Positions 25,317 through 35,718 of a DNA stretch of 64,000 bases are shown here, piece by piece. The stretch lies in IMG/VR virus record IMGVR_UViG_3300021979_000003, positions 32,001 to 96,000 of that record, one strand, 5' to 3'. Numbering within the stretch: the stretch's first letter is position 1; each line of letters starts with the position of its first letter. The translations under genes and the position numbers were made by a program. This stretch comes from a virus. Taxonomy: Duplodnaviria > Caudoviricetes. A model generated the notes under the pieces. The model saw only the letters and a list, made by a program, of their open reading frames with translations, had not been told where the DNA came from and searched no databases.

Positions 25317-25830
25317 TGATCAATAACTCCCAATCACCACTCCCAGAATATACAATAGTTATCTCAGTCATCGTGTCTAGTGTAAAAGACGATGATGATC
25401 CAGCGGTAGTAATTATCGCTTCAGTTACACTATCGTCTACGTTTAACGTTGATGATGTTATTGCATTAGAACTTCTAATTGTCAACGACTCGCCAACCGA
25501 AACATTACTTGTGGCAGGCAACGTTAATGTCTGGTTACTTGTCAAATAATACTTGACTCCCGTACTTAATGTGATAGATGTTGAAATAACATTATATGAA
25601 CCAACACTAGATACTGCTTTTAATGATTCCGATAATTGCCCTTTGGTCAATGCTTCATCATTATTAACAGCATCACCTATTTGAATTGGTGCAAGTGTGG
25701 TCTTATCACTTTCATAAAAAGTGAACTTACTATTAACGAAGTCATATTTGATCATGCCTCCGCGCTTGCCTAGCTCAAGGTTACTATTGACACTAGACAG
25801 GTTGTAGCTTTTCAATGTTAGAGTACTCAT
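25309..25830 (-). CDS. putative virion structural protein
   Basis: LELGKRGG and DAVNNDEALTKGQL shared with 46614..48968. Confidence 0.6.
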   Translation of the reverse strand: MSTLTLKSYNLSSVNSNLELGKRGGMIKYDFVNSKFTFYESDKTTLAPIQIGDAVNNDEALTKGQLSESLKAVSSVGSYNVISTSITLSTGVKYYLTSNQTLTLPATSNVSVGESLTIRSSNAITSSTLNVDDSVTEAIITTAGSSSSFTLDTMTEITIVYSGSGDWELLINA

Positions 25831-25871
25831 TTAATTCCCTTAATTTTAATTATTATTCTTGCATAATATTT

Positions 25872-25899
25872 AGGCTATCACAATGTAACGATTTGTCAA
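25872..25899 (-). promoter_or_regulatory. sigma70-like promoter, 16-nt spacer class
   Basis: TTGACA-N13-TGA-TAGCCT. Confidence 0.55.
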
Positions 25900-25948
25900 C
25901 GGCAATAAATACTTTAAAGCGCTATCTATTTTAAGGAGAAACATCGTC

Positions 25949-26440
25949 ATGGCTAACATCATAGTCAATGCTAATGGTACTATTAGTGACTCTTTTTCTA
26001 TCGGTAAGTCCGGTAAAGGCATTGTAATATATCAGGGGGATACAATACCATCAAACCTTTTAGGAAATACCGGTGACGTATTCATAAAGAGAACCACTGA
26101 ACCCTTAATTTTAAAAAAGAAGTCAAGTGGTTGGGTCAATATTAGTAACAAAGAAGTAATAACTGTCGCATCAACCACAACTATTTCGCCTACACAATCA
26201 TCTACTTTGTACCTAGCAGATAGCTCATCAAGTAGTCTAACACTAACCTTATCTACGTCAAGCCTAGAAGTTGGTAAAGAAGTAATAATTAAAGACTCCA
26301 CCGGATCATCCTCAATTAATTCAATAACGGTTAATACAGAAGGCTCTGAAACAATAGATGGTCAAGCATCATTTACAATATCTTCGAATTACACTTCCAT
26401 ATCTATCATATCGGATGGTAGTAACTGGTTTATTATTTAA
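25949..26440 (+). CDS. putative virion structural protein
   Basis: TLTL...G-KEV-x-IKD-x-TG...N-x-ITV...GSETIDG domain common in phage virion proteins. Confidence 0.6.
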   Translation: MANIIVNANGTISDSFSIGKSGKGIVIYQGDTIPSNLLGNTGDVFIKRTTEPLILKKKSSGWVNISNKEVITVASTTTISPTQSSTLYLADSSSSSLTLTLSTSSLEVGKEVIIKDSTGSSSINSITVNTEGSETIDGQASFTISSNYTSISIISDGSNWFII

Positions 26441-26449
26441 GGAACACAC

Positions 26450-27649
26450 ATGAGCTATATATTTGATAATCAAATAACATTTGAAAGAAATGAACAACTT
26501 GACGCATTTGGAAGACTAAGAATATCAAGTCTACAAACATACTTTGATTCCCCACTAAAACATCACGAAGAAATATACATTTGGGATACCCTAACTATTG
26601 GCAGTGGAACATGGAATTATTCTTTTTCGCAAAATCTTTTAGACGCTTCCGTGACAGGAAATGGGGATAGAGTATTACGTCAGACAAAAGAATATTTTCA
26701 GCTACAAAATGGTAAGTCACATTTTGGTTTTATTGGTGTTGTATTCGGAACTACTACAACTGGTGTCACAAAAAACACAGGTGTCTATGACGATGATAAC
26801 GGATTTATGGTTAGGCAAAGTGGTGATGGTTCTATGAGCTTCGTTATAAGGTCTAGTGCATCAGGAAGCGTACAGGAGTCTGTAATACCACAGGCTTCAT
26901 GGAATATAGATACATTGGATGGCAATGGTCCTAGTGGGATAAATGTGGACTTTGAGAAGCTTCAAATCCTAGCATTTGATATGTCTTATAGTGGGAATGG
27001 TTCTGTGAGATTTGGTGTTATGGTTGAAAACAAAATGATCATTGCTCATCAATCATCCGCTTTCAATCTATATGCAGTAAATAACTTCACCACACCGAGT
27101 CTACCTATTAGCTATGAAATTGAATCAACAAGTGGGGCCTCAACTCTTAAACAACAATCATGTTGTATTATGATAGAAGGAAACTACGAAGAGCGCGGTG
27201 TACAACGCAGTGTGAACACTGGAACAACAGCTAAGAATGTAGGTTCAACGTTAACACCAGTTTTAAGTATAAAACTAAAATCACAATACAGAAAAGGCGT
27301 GATACATCCAGAATCCTTCAACATACTACAGACATCAAATAATAAAACACTTTATTATGCAATATATATGTACACATCATTAACTGGCGCAAGCTGGTCA
27401 GAGTCCCAATCCGGCACAAATTGTATTGCTGAAGTAGACACATCAGCAACTGCGTTTTCTGGCGGAATATTAGTTGATTCTGGATATCTACCAGCAAAAG
27501 CTACTACAACGATTTCTGAAAAATTTAACAATATACTAAGTTTGGCTGGTGATATAGCAGGAAATACAGATATTCTAACAATTGCAATTGCGGGTGTAGG
27601 TGGATCAGTACCATGTTTCGCATCATTAAATTATTATGAAGTTTATTAA
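26450..27649 (+). CDS. putative virion structural protein
   Basis: DAFGRLRIS N-terminal motif typical of myophage virion proteins. Confidence 0.65.
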   Translation: MSYIFDNQITFERNEQLDAFGRLRISSLQTYFDSPLKHHEEIYIWDTLTIGSGTWNYSFSQNLLDASVTGNGDRVLRQTKEYFQLQNGKSHFGFIGVVFGTTTTGVTKNTGVYDDDNGFMVRQSGDGSMSFVIRSSASGSVQESVIPQASWNIDTLDGNGPSGINVDFEKLQILAFDMSYSGNGSVRFGVMVENKMIIAHQSSAFNLYAVNNFTTPSLPISYEIESTSGASTLKQQSCCIMIEGNYEERGVQRSVNTGTTAKNVGSTLTPVLSIKLKSQYRKGVIHPESFNILQTSNNKTLYYAIYMYTSLTGASWSESQSGTNCIAEVDTSATAFSGGILVDSGYLPAKATTTISEKFNNILSLAGDIAGNTDILTIAIAGVGGSVPCFASLNYYEVY

Positions 27650-27660
27650 GGTAAAATAGT

Positions 27661-28467
27661 ATGGCTATAAAAAGAAAAATTACAGCACAACCAATCCCAG
27701 ATGTAGACGCATCACCTGACTATAAAGATCAGGATAGAGTATTTGATGCACTAGCGCCAGAAGGCGTAGGTTGGAAGTTGGAAAACAGCTTTCGAGGTGA
27801 ATATAACATATTCCATGTATGGAAGAAAGGCGATATAAATTACGACGATGGTATGGAAAACTATTGGACAAGTAAAGGTGATGACTTAATAAATGGAACG
27901 GTTGGTGACGGTCAGAAGTTTTCTATATCTATGGGAACTGGTGAAACTACTAAGAGTGTTGAAGGGTCTTTCTTACCTTATGAATCTTTTATCTACGGCG
28001 GTACTATTTTCTGGGAAGGCGATAGTAATAAGAAAACTGTAACTTTGGATGTTGTTGCAACTGCTGCATCGCTAACAACAGGTGATAGTGTTATTGTGGA
28101 GTCTGGGACTAACAAGGTGGTTCCAAAATCAGATAACTCAGGGACAAATGCACTTGATGGTATACCGACATTGGTTGATAATAAAACCTCAACTGGTTGG
28201 TGGGACTTCATCGACAATGAATTGGTTCCTAACTTTAACATGGAAGGTAGCTTTGATATATACACAGTGGATAAAACTGTTGCTAGACTTTTAAACGATT
28301 TCGATTTAATGCCTAAAGCATCGGGTGAGAGTTGTATAAAGGCCGATAATGCTTGGAAAGTATTTCCCGGTTATAAATTTAAACTTATTGCCAACAATAT
28401 AGAAGATGGTAATTGGGATGTTAGTTTAGTATTCCATATGATCAAAAGAAAAACAGTGAGTTATTAA
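27661..28467 (+). CDS. putative virion structural protein
   Basis: Operon with structural genes. Confidence 0.5.
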   Translation: MAIKRKITAQPIPDVDASPDYKDQDRVFDALAPEGVGWKLENSFRGEYNIFHVWKKGDINYDDGMENYWTSKGDDLINGTVGDGQKFSISMGTGETTKSVEGSFLPYESFIYGGTIFWEGDSNKKTVTLDVVATAASLTTGDSVIVESGTNKVVPKSDNSGTNALDGIPTLVDNKTSTGWWDFIDNELVPNFNMEGSFDIYTVDKTVARLLNDFDLMPKASGESCIKADNAWKVFPGYKFKLIANNIEDGNWDVSLVFHMIKRKTVSY

Positions 28468-28469
28468 GC

Positions 28470-28958
28470 TCACTGTTTTTGAAATATCACAAGGTTTACA
28501 CCTTTTGCTTTAATATTTTCCACAAATTCAAACTTTTTCATTTCGAGATATCTTAGCATTTTCGGATGCTCCAAGAATTTCTCTAGTTTTTTAAGATCAG
28601 CGTCAGTCACTGCTACGAACTTGAGTTGATCAATTCTGGTATAGAACTTGCTAATAACAACTTCCAACATCTTCTCCAACTCATCTTTATGGCTATAAGC
28701 CTTGTTTACGTTGACAGGATTCATTAACTGCTCAATAGAACCTACTACGATACTGAACACATCCGGGTTATTGGTAGTACTAAAAAGAATTCTACCATCA
28801 GTATAAAGTAAAACAACTAGATAAAGATTATTTCCGACTTCTGACGCTATCGCAAATGTTTTCTTTTCGGGAAGGTATTTTACTTTACCGTCATTGAATT
28901 CTTCGTTTGATCCATATGAAGCTTCATATAAGTCTGACTCTCGCATTATTAGCTCCAA
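28470..28958 (-). CDS. hypothetical protein
   Basis: ORF in operon. Confidence 0.7.
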   Translation of the reverse strand: MELIMRESDLYEASYGSNEEFNDGKVKYLPEKKTFAIASEVGNNLYLVVLLYTDGRILFSTTNNPDVFSIVVGSIEQLMNPVNVNKAYSHKDELEKMLEVVISKFYTRIDQLKFVAVTDADLKKLEKFLEHPKMLRYLEMKKFEFVENIKAKGVNLVIFQKQ

Positions 28959-29431
28959 TCGTCATCTATTGCTTGTGAATATTCCCCACTAAAGGACATC
29001 ATACCAATATCCTTTAGCCTCTCACTATCAGGCAATTCACCTTCGTAGTCATAGCTTAAGGTTACATGTGGCGAATAATCATCATATGAATGTATAAACC
29101 CGCTTGCTAAGAGTTCATCATGACGCGCTTGTAAATCTTTTGACTCAAGCTTTACCACCAGACAATTCTTTTCTGGACCAAACAGTGCAAACCCAACAGG
29201 CTTTGCTTCGTAAGTAAGATCACTCGGTGGAATAAGAGGATTACCTTTATCTTCTGAATACATTAATGTTACATGTATTTTCTCATCTTCAATAGGATTC
29301 TTAAGCTTTAAGCTCTTAATTAAGTCTTTAATTTTTTCCATTCCATCTTCGTCAGGAACAACACCAAAATATGTTCCATTTTTAAAAGACTTATAGTAAT
29401 ACTCAAATTTACTTTTATCAAAATAACTCAT
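28949..29431 (-). CDS. acb1: anti-CBASS nuclease Acb1 (T4 gp57B-like 2H phosphoesterase)
   Basis: NPIEDEKIHVTLMYS and HSYDDYSPHVTLSY (two HxT motifs), C-terminal EY...DW as in T4 57B. Confidence 0.85.
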   Translation of the reverse strand: MSYFDKSKFEYYYKSFKNGTYFGVVPDEDGMEKIKDLIKSLKLKNPIEDEKIHVTLMYSEDKGNPLIPPSDLTYEAKPVGFALFGPEKNCLVVKLESKDLQARHDELLASGFIHSYDDYSPHVTLSYDYEGELPDSERLKDIGMMSFSGEYSQAIDDDWS

Positions 29432-30357
29432 CGTTTGCCCTCAATATACTGTTTAAATATTGAGTCATGTTCTTCCTCAATATCATCACTCCAATCGAAA
29501 TTATCATCATCGTCTCTATTTCTCTCCAAGCTTTCCATGATTGCGTTGTTATGATGGTTGTACATACTTTCAACCATAGTTTCTACTTGAGAATTAAATA
29601 GGATGTCGTTTATATCTTCATCTAAATTTATTTCATTTGATTCTTTAAACTTTGCAGGGTTTCTTTTAAAGAAGTCTGCAATACCAACTGCGGCAGCAAA
29701 ACCAATAATGCTACCCACCAAATAGTTATAATCATCAGCCACTTTTCTCTTAAGCTTCTTAGGTAGGTAAGAATATACTTTTTTGGGCTTGGCGTTTGGT
29801 GCGTCAGGGTTATCTTTTTGATACTCTTTATACAAAGAGTTCATAGACTTGTACATCTTGATATACTTACCACGATACTCTTCAAATATTTCCTTTTCGG
29901 CTTCAGGGCTTAATCCAAAAGATGATATTAGCTCTTCAAAAAACTTGGAACTGTAAAGCATACCATTCTTTTCATACTTCTGAATCATTAGATTATAATC
30001 AAAGTACATCTTATCTTTAAGCTTCTTAGTCATTACCTTTACTTGCTTCTTCATTTGTTTAGACATAGAAGCATTGTTACGTGTGGTGACCTTACGCATA
30101 GCTTTCTTATAAGCATCTTCCGTTCCAGATTTAAGATCACCCATAAGGTTCTTTGCACCTTTGAAAAGAGAGCCTAGACTATCTTTCAATCCTTCGTCTA
30201 GGTTCTCTTTGTCCATGTACATAAACATGAAAGTCATTCCATTTTGATCTTCAAAAATCATGTCACATGGTATTTTATTTAATTCTGAAACAAGTTCACT
30301 TTCATTTTCCTTTGATGCTTCAGATATAACGTTTCTTAGTTTCTTAATGTCAGCCAT
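29428..30357 (-). CDS. hypothetical, possibly head-associated protein
   Basis: Lys/Glu-rich with multiple L/I-x-E motifs. Confidence 0.55.
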   Translation of the reverse strand: MADIKKLRNVISEASKENESELVSELNKIPCDMIFEDQNGMTFMFMYMDKENLDEGLKDSLGSLFKGAKNLMGDLKSGTEDAYKKAMRKVTTRNNASMSKQMKKQVKVMTKKLKDKMYFDYNLMIQKYEKNGMLYSSKFFEELISSFGLSPEAEKEIFEEYRGKYIKMYKSMNSLYKEYQKDNPDAPNAKPKKVYSYLPKKLKRKVADDYNYLVGSIIGFAAAVGIADFFKRNPAKFKESNEINLDEDINDILFNSQVETMVESMYNHHNNAIMESLERNRDDDDNFDWSDDIEEEHDSIFKQYIEGKR

Positions 30358-30362
30358 TTAAT

Positions 30363-30596
30363 TTACCTTTTTGTAAACCTGAATTTTTGAGGGTTACGAT
30401 TTTTAATAGCAGACAGTAGACGCTTTTCCAACAAAGCAGCCGCTTCTTCCCCGTACTTTTCTTCAATCTCTTCAATTAAATTAATACTAGAATTAATTAC
30501 GTGATCTGCTCGTGTTTTAATAACAGCTTCCGAAAGTCGGCTACGGCCATTATCCATTAAGCAATCTAAGATTCCGCTACTCATGTTTCTTCCCAA
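30363..30596 (-). CDS. hypothetical protein
   Basis: ORF in operon. Confidence 0.7.
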   Translation of the reverse strand: MGRNMSSGILDCLMDNGRSRLSEAVIKTRADHVINSSINLIEEIEEKYGEEAAALLEKRLLSAIKNRNPQKFRFTKR

Positions 30597-32041
30597 TCCT
30601 CATCGTCGCCGCTTATAAATCCTCGTAGTCTGGCAAGCTTATTGCTTCCCATTCCTGCTGCAAGTTCGTTAGGTAGTTTAGCACCTGTCTCGATATCAAC
30701 AGCTTCGTATTCTTCATCGTCGGCGTTTAACGCATTTTGTATTTCGTTATATTGTTTCTCAGTCCCACTCATCTGAGTTTTAGACGAGTTTGAACTACTC
30801 ATGTATGTATTTATGTTCGCTAAGAAATCTGGGTCATCCTTAATCCTCATACACTCACTGAGGAACTTCAATCGTACACGTCTTCCTGTACCACTACTGT
30901 TACGTGTTTTAAGTACTTGAAGCTCATAAGCACCTTTCTCTCGCATTGCATCAGTTACAATAATACCTAGTACCAAGTCTGCGGTATTGATCTTTGAGAT
31001 ACCACCAGCAATATGACTATGATCAAGGTCATCGTTACCAACTGCGGTACGGTTAAGCTGTGATGCAGTTAAACACAATATATTAAATTCTTGCATCATA
31101 TTACGTAGTTCTTCACTCACGGCTTTATCTTTTCCAAAGGTGTCACCAACTGATACTTTCTGTGCTGGCGATAACAGGTCCAAATAGTCAATAGCAATAA
31201 CGTCTGGTTTAATACCTTTTGTTTGAATATAATCTTTAATGTAAGCCTTCACTTCCGTTGTTGGTGTGCCACTAGGCATGAACTTGATATTCATTTGACC
31301 GCCATATTTCTCACCAGCATTGCGAATTGCCATGTCAACCGAATCTAGGTTGTCATATAGACTACTGGTTGTTTTCTCAAGATACATAGCGTCCATACGT
31401 CTCGCACACAATTCAGGGTGTAGCTCCAACGTGATATAAAGAACGTTCTTACCTAGCTTCCAGTGATCAATACAATTGTTCTGAAGCATTAGTGACTTAC
31501 CAGTACCAGAGCCACCAGCATAGATAACAAGATCGCCATAGTTGAGCTTACCAACAACTCTATCTAGAGCATCAAAGCATGTGGTGATATTACCACTTCT
31601 ATCAAGAATATTTTGTAGGCGCTGCTTCACGTTCTCGTGATATGGTAAGCCATGGTCTTCAATCAATCGTGTCTGCATAGCTTCTTTAATAAGGTTCTCG
31701 ATTGCACCATAGTCTTCGGAGCCTAGATACTCGGAGCTTTTCACAACTGCATTCTCCAAAGCCTTGTGTAGACAAAACTTTGGGTATTCTTCCATAAACC
31801 ATTTTTCAATAGCAAAATCTGTTTTTGATGGAACTTTTATTTCAATACCCGTTTTGGATTTCAAATACTCTGGGTCAGGCAGTCCACTATACTTGTCGCT
31901 ATAGTCAATGATTTCATTTACAGCTTTTCTAATTCTTGGATCAAAATGTTCTGGTTTGGTGACACTTCTTACACGAGTGAAAATATCACTATTAGAAAGT
32001 AATACGCCGATATATAGTTTTTGTAATTCTAAATCGTACAT
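30581..32041 (-). CDS. replicative DNA helicase (T4 gp41/DnaB-like)
   Basis: Walker A GGSGTGKS, YITLEL, IDYLDL, TASQLNR, HIAGGISK. Confidence 0.92.
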   Translation of the reverse strand: MYDLELQKLYIGVLLSNSDIFTRVRSVTKPEHFDPRIRKAVNEIIDYSDKYSGLPDPEYLKSKTGIEIKVPSKTDFAIEKWFMEEYPKFCLHKALENAVVKSSEYLGSEDYGAIENLIKEAMQTRLIEDHGLPYHENVKQRLQNILDRSGNITTCFDALDRVVGKLNYGDLVIYAGGSGTGKSLMLQNNCIDHWKLGKNVLYITLELHPELCARRMDAMYLEKTTSSLYDNLDSVDMAIRNAGEKYGGQMNIKFMPSGTPTTEVKAYIKDYIQTKGIKPDVIAIDYLDLLSPAQKVSVGDTFGKDKAVSEELRNMMQEFNILCLTASQLNRTAVGNDDLDHSHIAGGISKINTADLVLGIIVTDAMREKGAYELQVLKTRNSSGTGRRVRLKFLSECMRIKDDPDFLANINTYMSSSNSSKTQMSGTEKQYNEIQNALNADDEEYEAVDIETGAKLPNELAAGMGSNKLARLRGFISGDDEDWEET

Positions 32042-33069
32042 TAGGTATACTTCTCCTTAAATATTCTTTTCATAACCTCGATTTTTACGGGGTTGTCAAT
32101 TTTTTCTGAGATTATTCTGTCAACAACAAATAGCTTTCCATACATTTGTGTTGCTTCACCTAAGTCAAAGTTGTCATTCCAGTCTGGAAAGAAAACAGAC
32201 CAATTGTTTTTAACTGCGGTATCTATCATCTTCATACCACCAGAGCCAAAGTCTGGTACAACAATAACAGTACCTTTGAATTGATTGATAAGTTGAACCT
32301 GATTATATGTTGGTTCAAAATTCATGGTTGCGATACCATCATACAATAATGAATCAATTGGAGATTCATTAACTAACAAATACTTTCTCTGTTTGAATAT
32401 ACTATCGATGTTGAAGACATACTTTGAACTATTTGGACTTCTCGTTATATAACGATCTTCCTTTTTGCACTTGTCTATCATCCTAGCTGTATACCCAACT
32501 ATATTACCTTCATGCATGAAAGGTATTATAAGCCTTCTATTGAGCTTATTATCTTTTGATGGTGTCCACATGATATAAGGATGGTTTTCTACACCACGAT
32601 CAACTGCGTAGTTATATACGTCAATTAAATCTTTACTATCGTTCTTCAATATTTCGTCATGTATCAGCGTCGTACCAGAAGGCAAATCTACTTTTTTAAA
32701 GTCCAAGTCCAGCTTAGGCTTTGATTTAGTAGTTACGTCCAGACCTAGTAGGTTATATGCAACACTACTACTCTTAAGACTTTCTAACTGTGCCTTGTTT
32801 ATTTCAGAGGATGGAACCCCCAATAGCTCCATAAATTTCTTGACTTTAAATCCTAAACGCTCACCCTTTTCCTGTCTGAATTTAAAGCGACAGTTGAAGC
32901 AGTTATAACCTATAGTGTCATACTCAATAAAAAGACCACCACGGCCTTTGGTATCAGGGCGCGATTCACCCATATAAACACAGCAAGGGCAGTTAAACGA
33001 TATACATTTCCCGGTTGATCTTGACTTAGATGGGACATAATTCAATAATGTTTGTTTCAATATTTCCAT
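32041..33069 (-). CDS. DNA primase (T4 gp61-like)
   Basis: Zn-binding CPCC...CFNC, RLIIPF...GYTAR, TOPRIM-like ESPIDS; adjacent to helicase. Confidence 0.8.
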   Translation of the reverse strand: MEILKQTLLNYVPSKSRSTGKCISFNCPCCVYMGESRPDTKGRGGLFIEYDTIGYNCFNCRFKFRQEKGERLGFKVKKFMELLGVPSSEINKAQLESLKSSSVAYNLLGLDVTTKSKPKLDLDFKKVDLPSGTTLIHDEILKNDSKDLIDVYNYAVDRGVENHPYIMWTPSKDNKLNRRLIIPFMHEGNIVGYTARMIDKCKKEDRYITRSPNSSKYVFNIDSIFKQRKYLLVNESPIDSLLYDGIATMNFEPTYNQVQLINQFKGTVIVVPDFGSGGMKMIDTAVKNNWSVFFPDWNDNFDLGEATQMYGKLFVVDRIISEKIDNPVKIEVMKRIFKEKYT

Positions 33070-33086
33070 AACTTAACCTCTATAAG

Positions 33087-33114
33087 AAGTTACCATGGAA
33101 CCCCATATTGTCAA
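33087..33114 (-). promoter_or_regulatory. sigma70-like promoter, 16-nt spacer class
   Basis: TTGACA-N13-TGG-TAACTT upstream of primase. Confidence 0.6.
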
Positions 33115-33120
33115 TGAGGT

Positions 33121-33915
33121 TTATAGACGATTAATTTTACTATATATGAAGAAGTATTCTTCTGGTGTTTCAGTAATAAGTACTGCTCTATACTTTCCTT
33201 CAGGTAGTTCGTGATGACTCCATGTATGGTTGTGGATGTTATTCACCTCAATAAAGTCTTCCCATTGTGAACTATCTTCAGTGCGTATTGGATAATACTT
33301 ACCACGGTGCTTTTGAATCTTAACCTTTATAGGATCGGAAGTTTGATTGTCGTATGTATTAAACTCGACCATTCTGAAGTTCTCATCGACATCAATAAAC
33401 GGTTCAAGTACATATTCACCGTCAATCTCTTCTTCATGAGAATCTAATCGAATGTTATATGTTTCATTCATCTTCTCACTTACAATCTCAGAATAATTAT
33501 CTATTACTTCCATTTCACCTTTCATCATGAAGTCATGATCGATATATAGTGGTTCTTCGTTTCCTTCAGCATCTACAATGGATACAAAATATCCATATCC
33601 ACGTCTTGGTAAAAGCTGGTTTATAAATGTTTTAGGCAATACTACACTATAAACTTTGGTGTTATTTGTGGGGGATAAATAAAAGGTATCAACGACTAAT
33701 GTAGTTTCATCGTCAACAATCTTTACACATATATTTTTGTTTTCGAGTGCTATAGAACGTCTATCACGATCAGTAAGTTTGAAATTAAGAACGTTATCTA
33801 GGTTGCGATGTAGGGTTATTGTGTCATTAAACATGGTACTTGTATTCTCTAATCCTTCGTATGAGACGTTCCTAAATATAGGTACGGTTCGTGAATATTT
33901 ATATATGTGAATCAT
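33121..33915 (-). CDS. hypothetical protein (possible virion protein)
   Basis: Long ORF. Confidence 0.65.
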   Translation of the reverse strand: MIHIYKYSRTVPIFRNVSYEGLENTSTMFNDTITLHRNLDNVLNFKLTDRDRRSIALENKNICVKIVDDETTLVVDTFYLSPTNNTKVYSVVLPKTFINQLLPRRGYGYFVSIVDAEGNEEPLYIDHDFMMKGEMEVIDNYSEIVSEKMNETYNIRLDSHEEEIDGEYVLEPFIDVDENFRMVEFNTYDNQTSDPIKVKIQKHRGKYYPIRTEDSSQWEDFIEVNNIHNHTWSHHELPEGKYRAVLITETPEEYFFIYSKINRL

Positions 33916-34311
33916 TTAATATTTATCCTTGGAGTTGAAATGCTTTTTGATATAGCGAAGATAAAAAACACATTTCCTTTTATATCTGAAATAGAGTCTA
34001 ATAATAATATTTATCACGGTATTATTTTAAATTACGACAAACTCAGTGTATCATTTATAGATATAGGGAAAATGAGAGACAAAAAAGAATTTGTGGCATT
34101 GATAAACTTATCCGAAAGGTGGTGGTGGTATTCAAACAGATCGATACCCCTGAACTTATTCTATTCAAACGAATCAGAACTGTTCATGAAGTATGTGACA
34201 CATTTGCCAGCAAAGACTTCTAACGTCGTCTCAGGGCACGTAGCATCGTTACAATCAATACTGGATGCCACTAAGACGAATAAGAAAAACAGGACTCTCA
34301 ATGTACTCTAG
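33907..34311 (+). CDS. hypothetical protein
   Basis: ORF; GGAG RBS suggests start at MLFDI. Confidence 0.65.
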   Translation: MNHLIFILGVEMLFDIAKIKNTFPFISEIESNNNIYHGIILNYDKLSVSFIDIGKMRDKKEFVALINLSERWWWYSNRSIPLNLFYSNESELFMKYVTHLPAKTSNVVSGHVASLQSILDATKTNKKNRTLNVL

Positions 34312-34895
34312 GCTCTTAAAACATACTTGATATAGTTCATACGTATAGTGATAGATACCGCATAAGCAATAGCATGGCTATACTTGAAGTAGAACTCACC
34401 ATTAGTAGGTTTTGTATAAAGAGTCTTTCTTGCCTCTTCTTTATTACTAAGATATAAATCCAATAAACTTTTTTTAGCTGGACGCATAAGTGCAAGTACA
34501 TCGGCCAATTCTTTAACGGACTTAGGTCGCACTTGGTTCACAAGATGAAAGTGATTAGATAAGTGTGGTAAATCGTTAACCACCTCTTCTTCTTTCAACA
34601 AGTTCCAATCCACTTCCAGATTCATAAGGTAATCAAGTTGCTCTTCATTATCAATATCTTCATACACTGAGTTATTCAAAACATCTATTTTGAAGAAACC
34701 ATATTTACCTGTTTCCTTATAATCAATAGAACACATATTGGTGTTCATAAACTTTGGTGCATTCTGAAAATAAACACCTACGTTGTGTTTCTTTATAACG
34801 CCATTGCCAATCATAGATGCATCTACATGATCCACAACAGATAAGAGCTTGTCCCTATCTGCCATGTCAATATCAATATCTGTATCATTTATCAT
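34308..34895 (-). CDS. miniature DNA polymerase III alpha (DnaE, family C)-like protein
   Basis: DIDID, H-xx-GVY, GFFKIDVL and FKYSHAIAYA motifs in only 195 aa. Confidence 0.75.
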   Translation of the reverse strand: MINDTDIDIDMADRDKLLSVVDHVDASMIGNGVIKKHNVGVYFQNAPKFMNTNMCSIDYKETGKYGFFKIDVLNNSVYEDIDNEEQLDYLMNLEVDWNLLKEEEVVNDLPHLSNHFHLVNQVRPKSVKELADVLALMRPAKKSLLDLYLSNKEEARKTLYTKPTNGEFYFKYSHAIAYAVSITIRMNYIKYVLRA

Positions 34896-35718
34896 ACATA
34901 GAACTCAAAATTGCTGACTTAATGGTTTCTAATGATTTGTCATTTTGTCTTGTGTTCTTCCCCATAAACACGTTCTTTTCTCGAATACCTCTAACAAAGC
35001 TGTCGATATTAATGCTTTTCATAGCATGTGCTAAATGAAGTACATCATTTAATGTAAACTCTGAATTGGAAGTTGCGTTTAGCTGCTCGGGATTATACAG
35101 GAGATTAATTGAGCGCATGTCTAAGCAATCAACCTTGTCCTTCGTTGAACTGCACTTCACACTTCTTCCTAACCCATAAATCCTTTCACCTTCATTTGAT
35201 AAAACAGGGACAGACCAACATTTATCTACATTGTATAAATGCACAGTTCCCGTAATGCCATTTTCTTTAAGAGTGTGAAGGAAAAGGTATAGCTTCTCAG
35301 AATCACCCAATATATGATCAGCGTCCATTTTGTTATCATGAAGGAACAGCTTTTTATAATAGGTTTCAACGTTTTTATATTTCTCACATAATACAAAGTT
35401 GGCGAAAGTCTCAGGAATACACAAAAGATAACGATCTTCATCTAGATCAATTTTATTTTTTGCGAGATAAGTAATAATCTCATCGCTTTTACCTATATTA
35501 AAAAACATGTTGTATCGTTGCTTCTGGTAATTGGTTTGAATCGCATAGCAACGGTATCCACTATTAGTGAACACACGCATGTTTTTATAAGACTCAGGGT
35601 CTTTGAGCTTTATTAGGTTTGATACCCTCATAAAGCTACTTAGTAAATCGGTTCCAGTAGTATCATTCTTTTGATATAGCTTCTCTAGGACTTTGTTTAC
35701 ATCAATACGCTTATACAT
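34885..35718 (-). CDS. hypothetical protein
   Basis: ORF in operon. Confidence 0.7.
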   Translation of the reverse strand: MYKRIDVNKVLEKLYQKNDTTGTDLLSSFMRVSNLIKLKDPESYKNMRVFTNSGYRCYAIQTNYQKQRYNMFFNIGKSDEIITYLAKNKIDLDEDRYLLCIPETFANFVLCEKYKNVETYYKKLFLHDNKMDADHILGDSEKLYLFLHTLKENGITGTVHLYNVDKCWSVPVLSNEGERIYGLGRSVKCSSTKDKVDCLDMRSINLLYNPEQLNATSNSEFTLNDVLHLAHAMKSINIDSFVRGIREKNVFMGKNTRQNDKSLETIKSAILSSMYDK

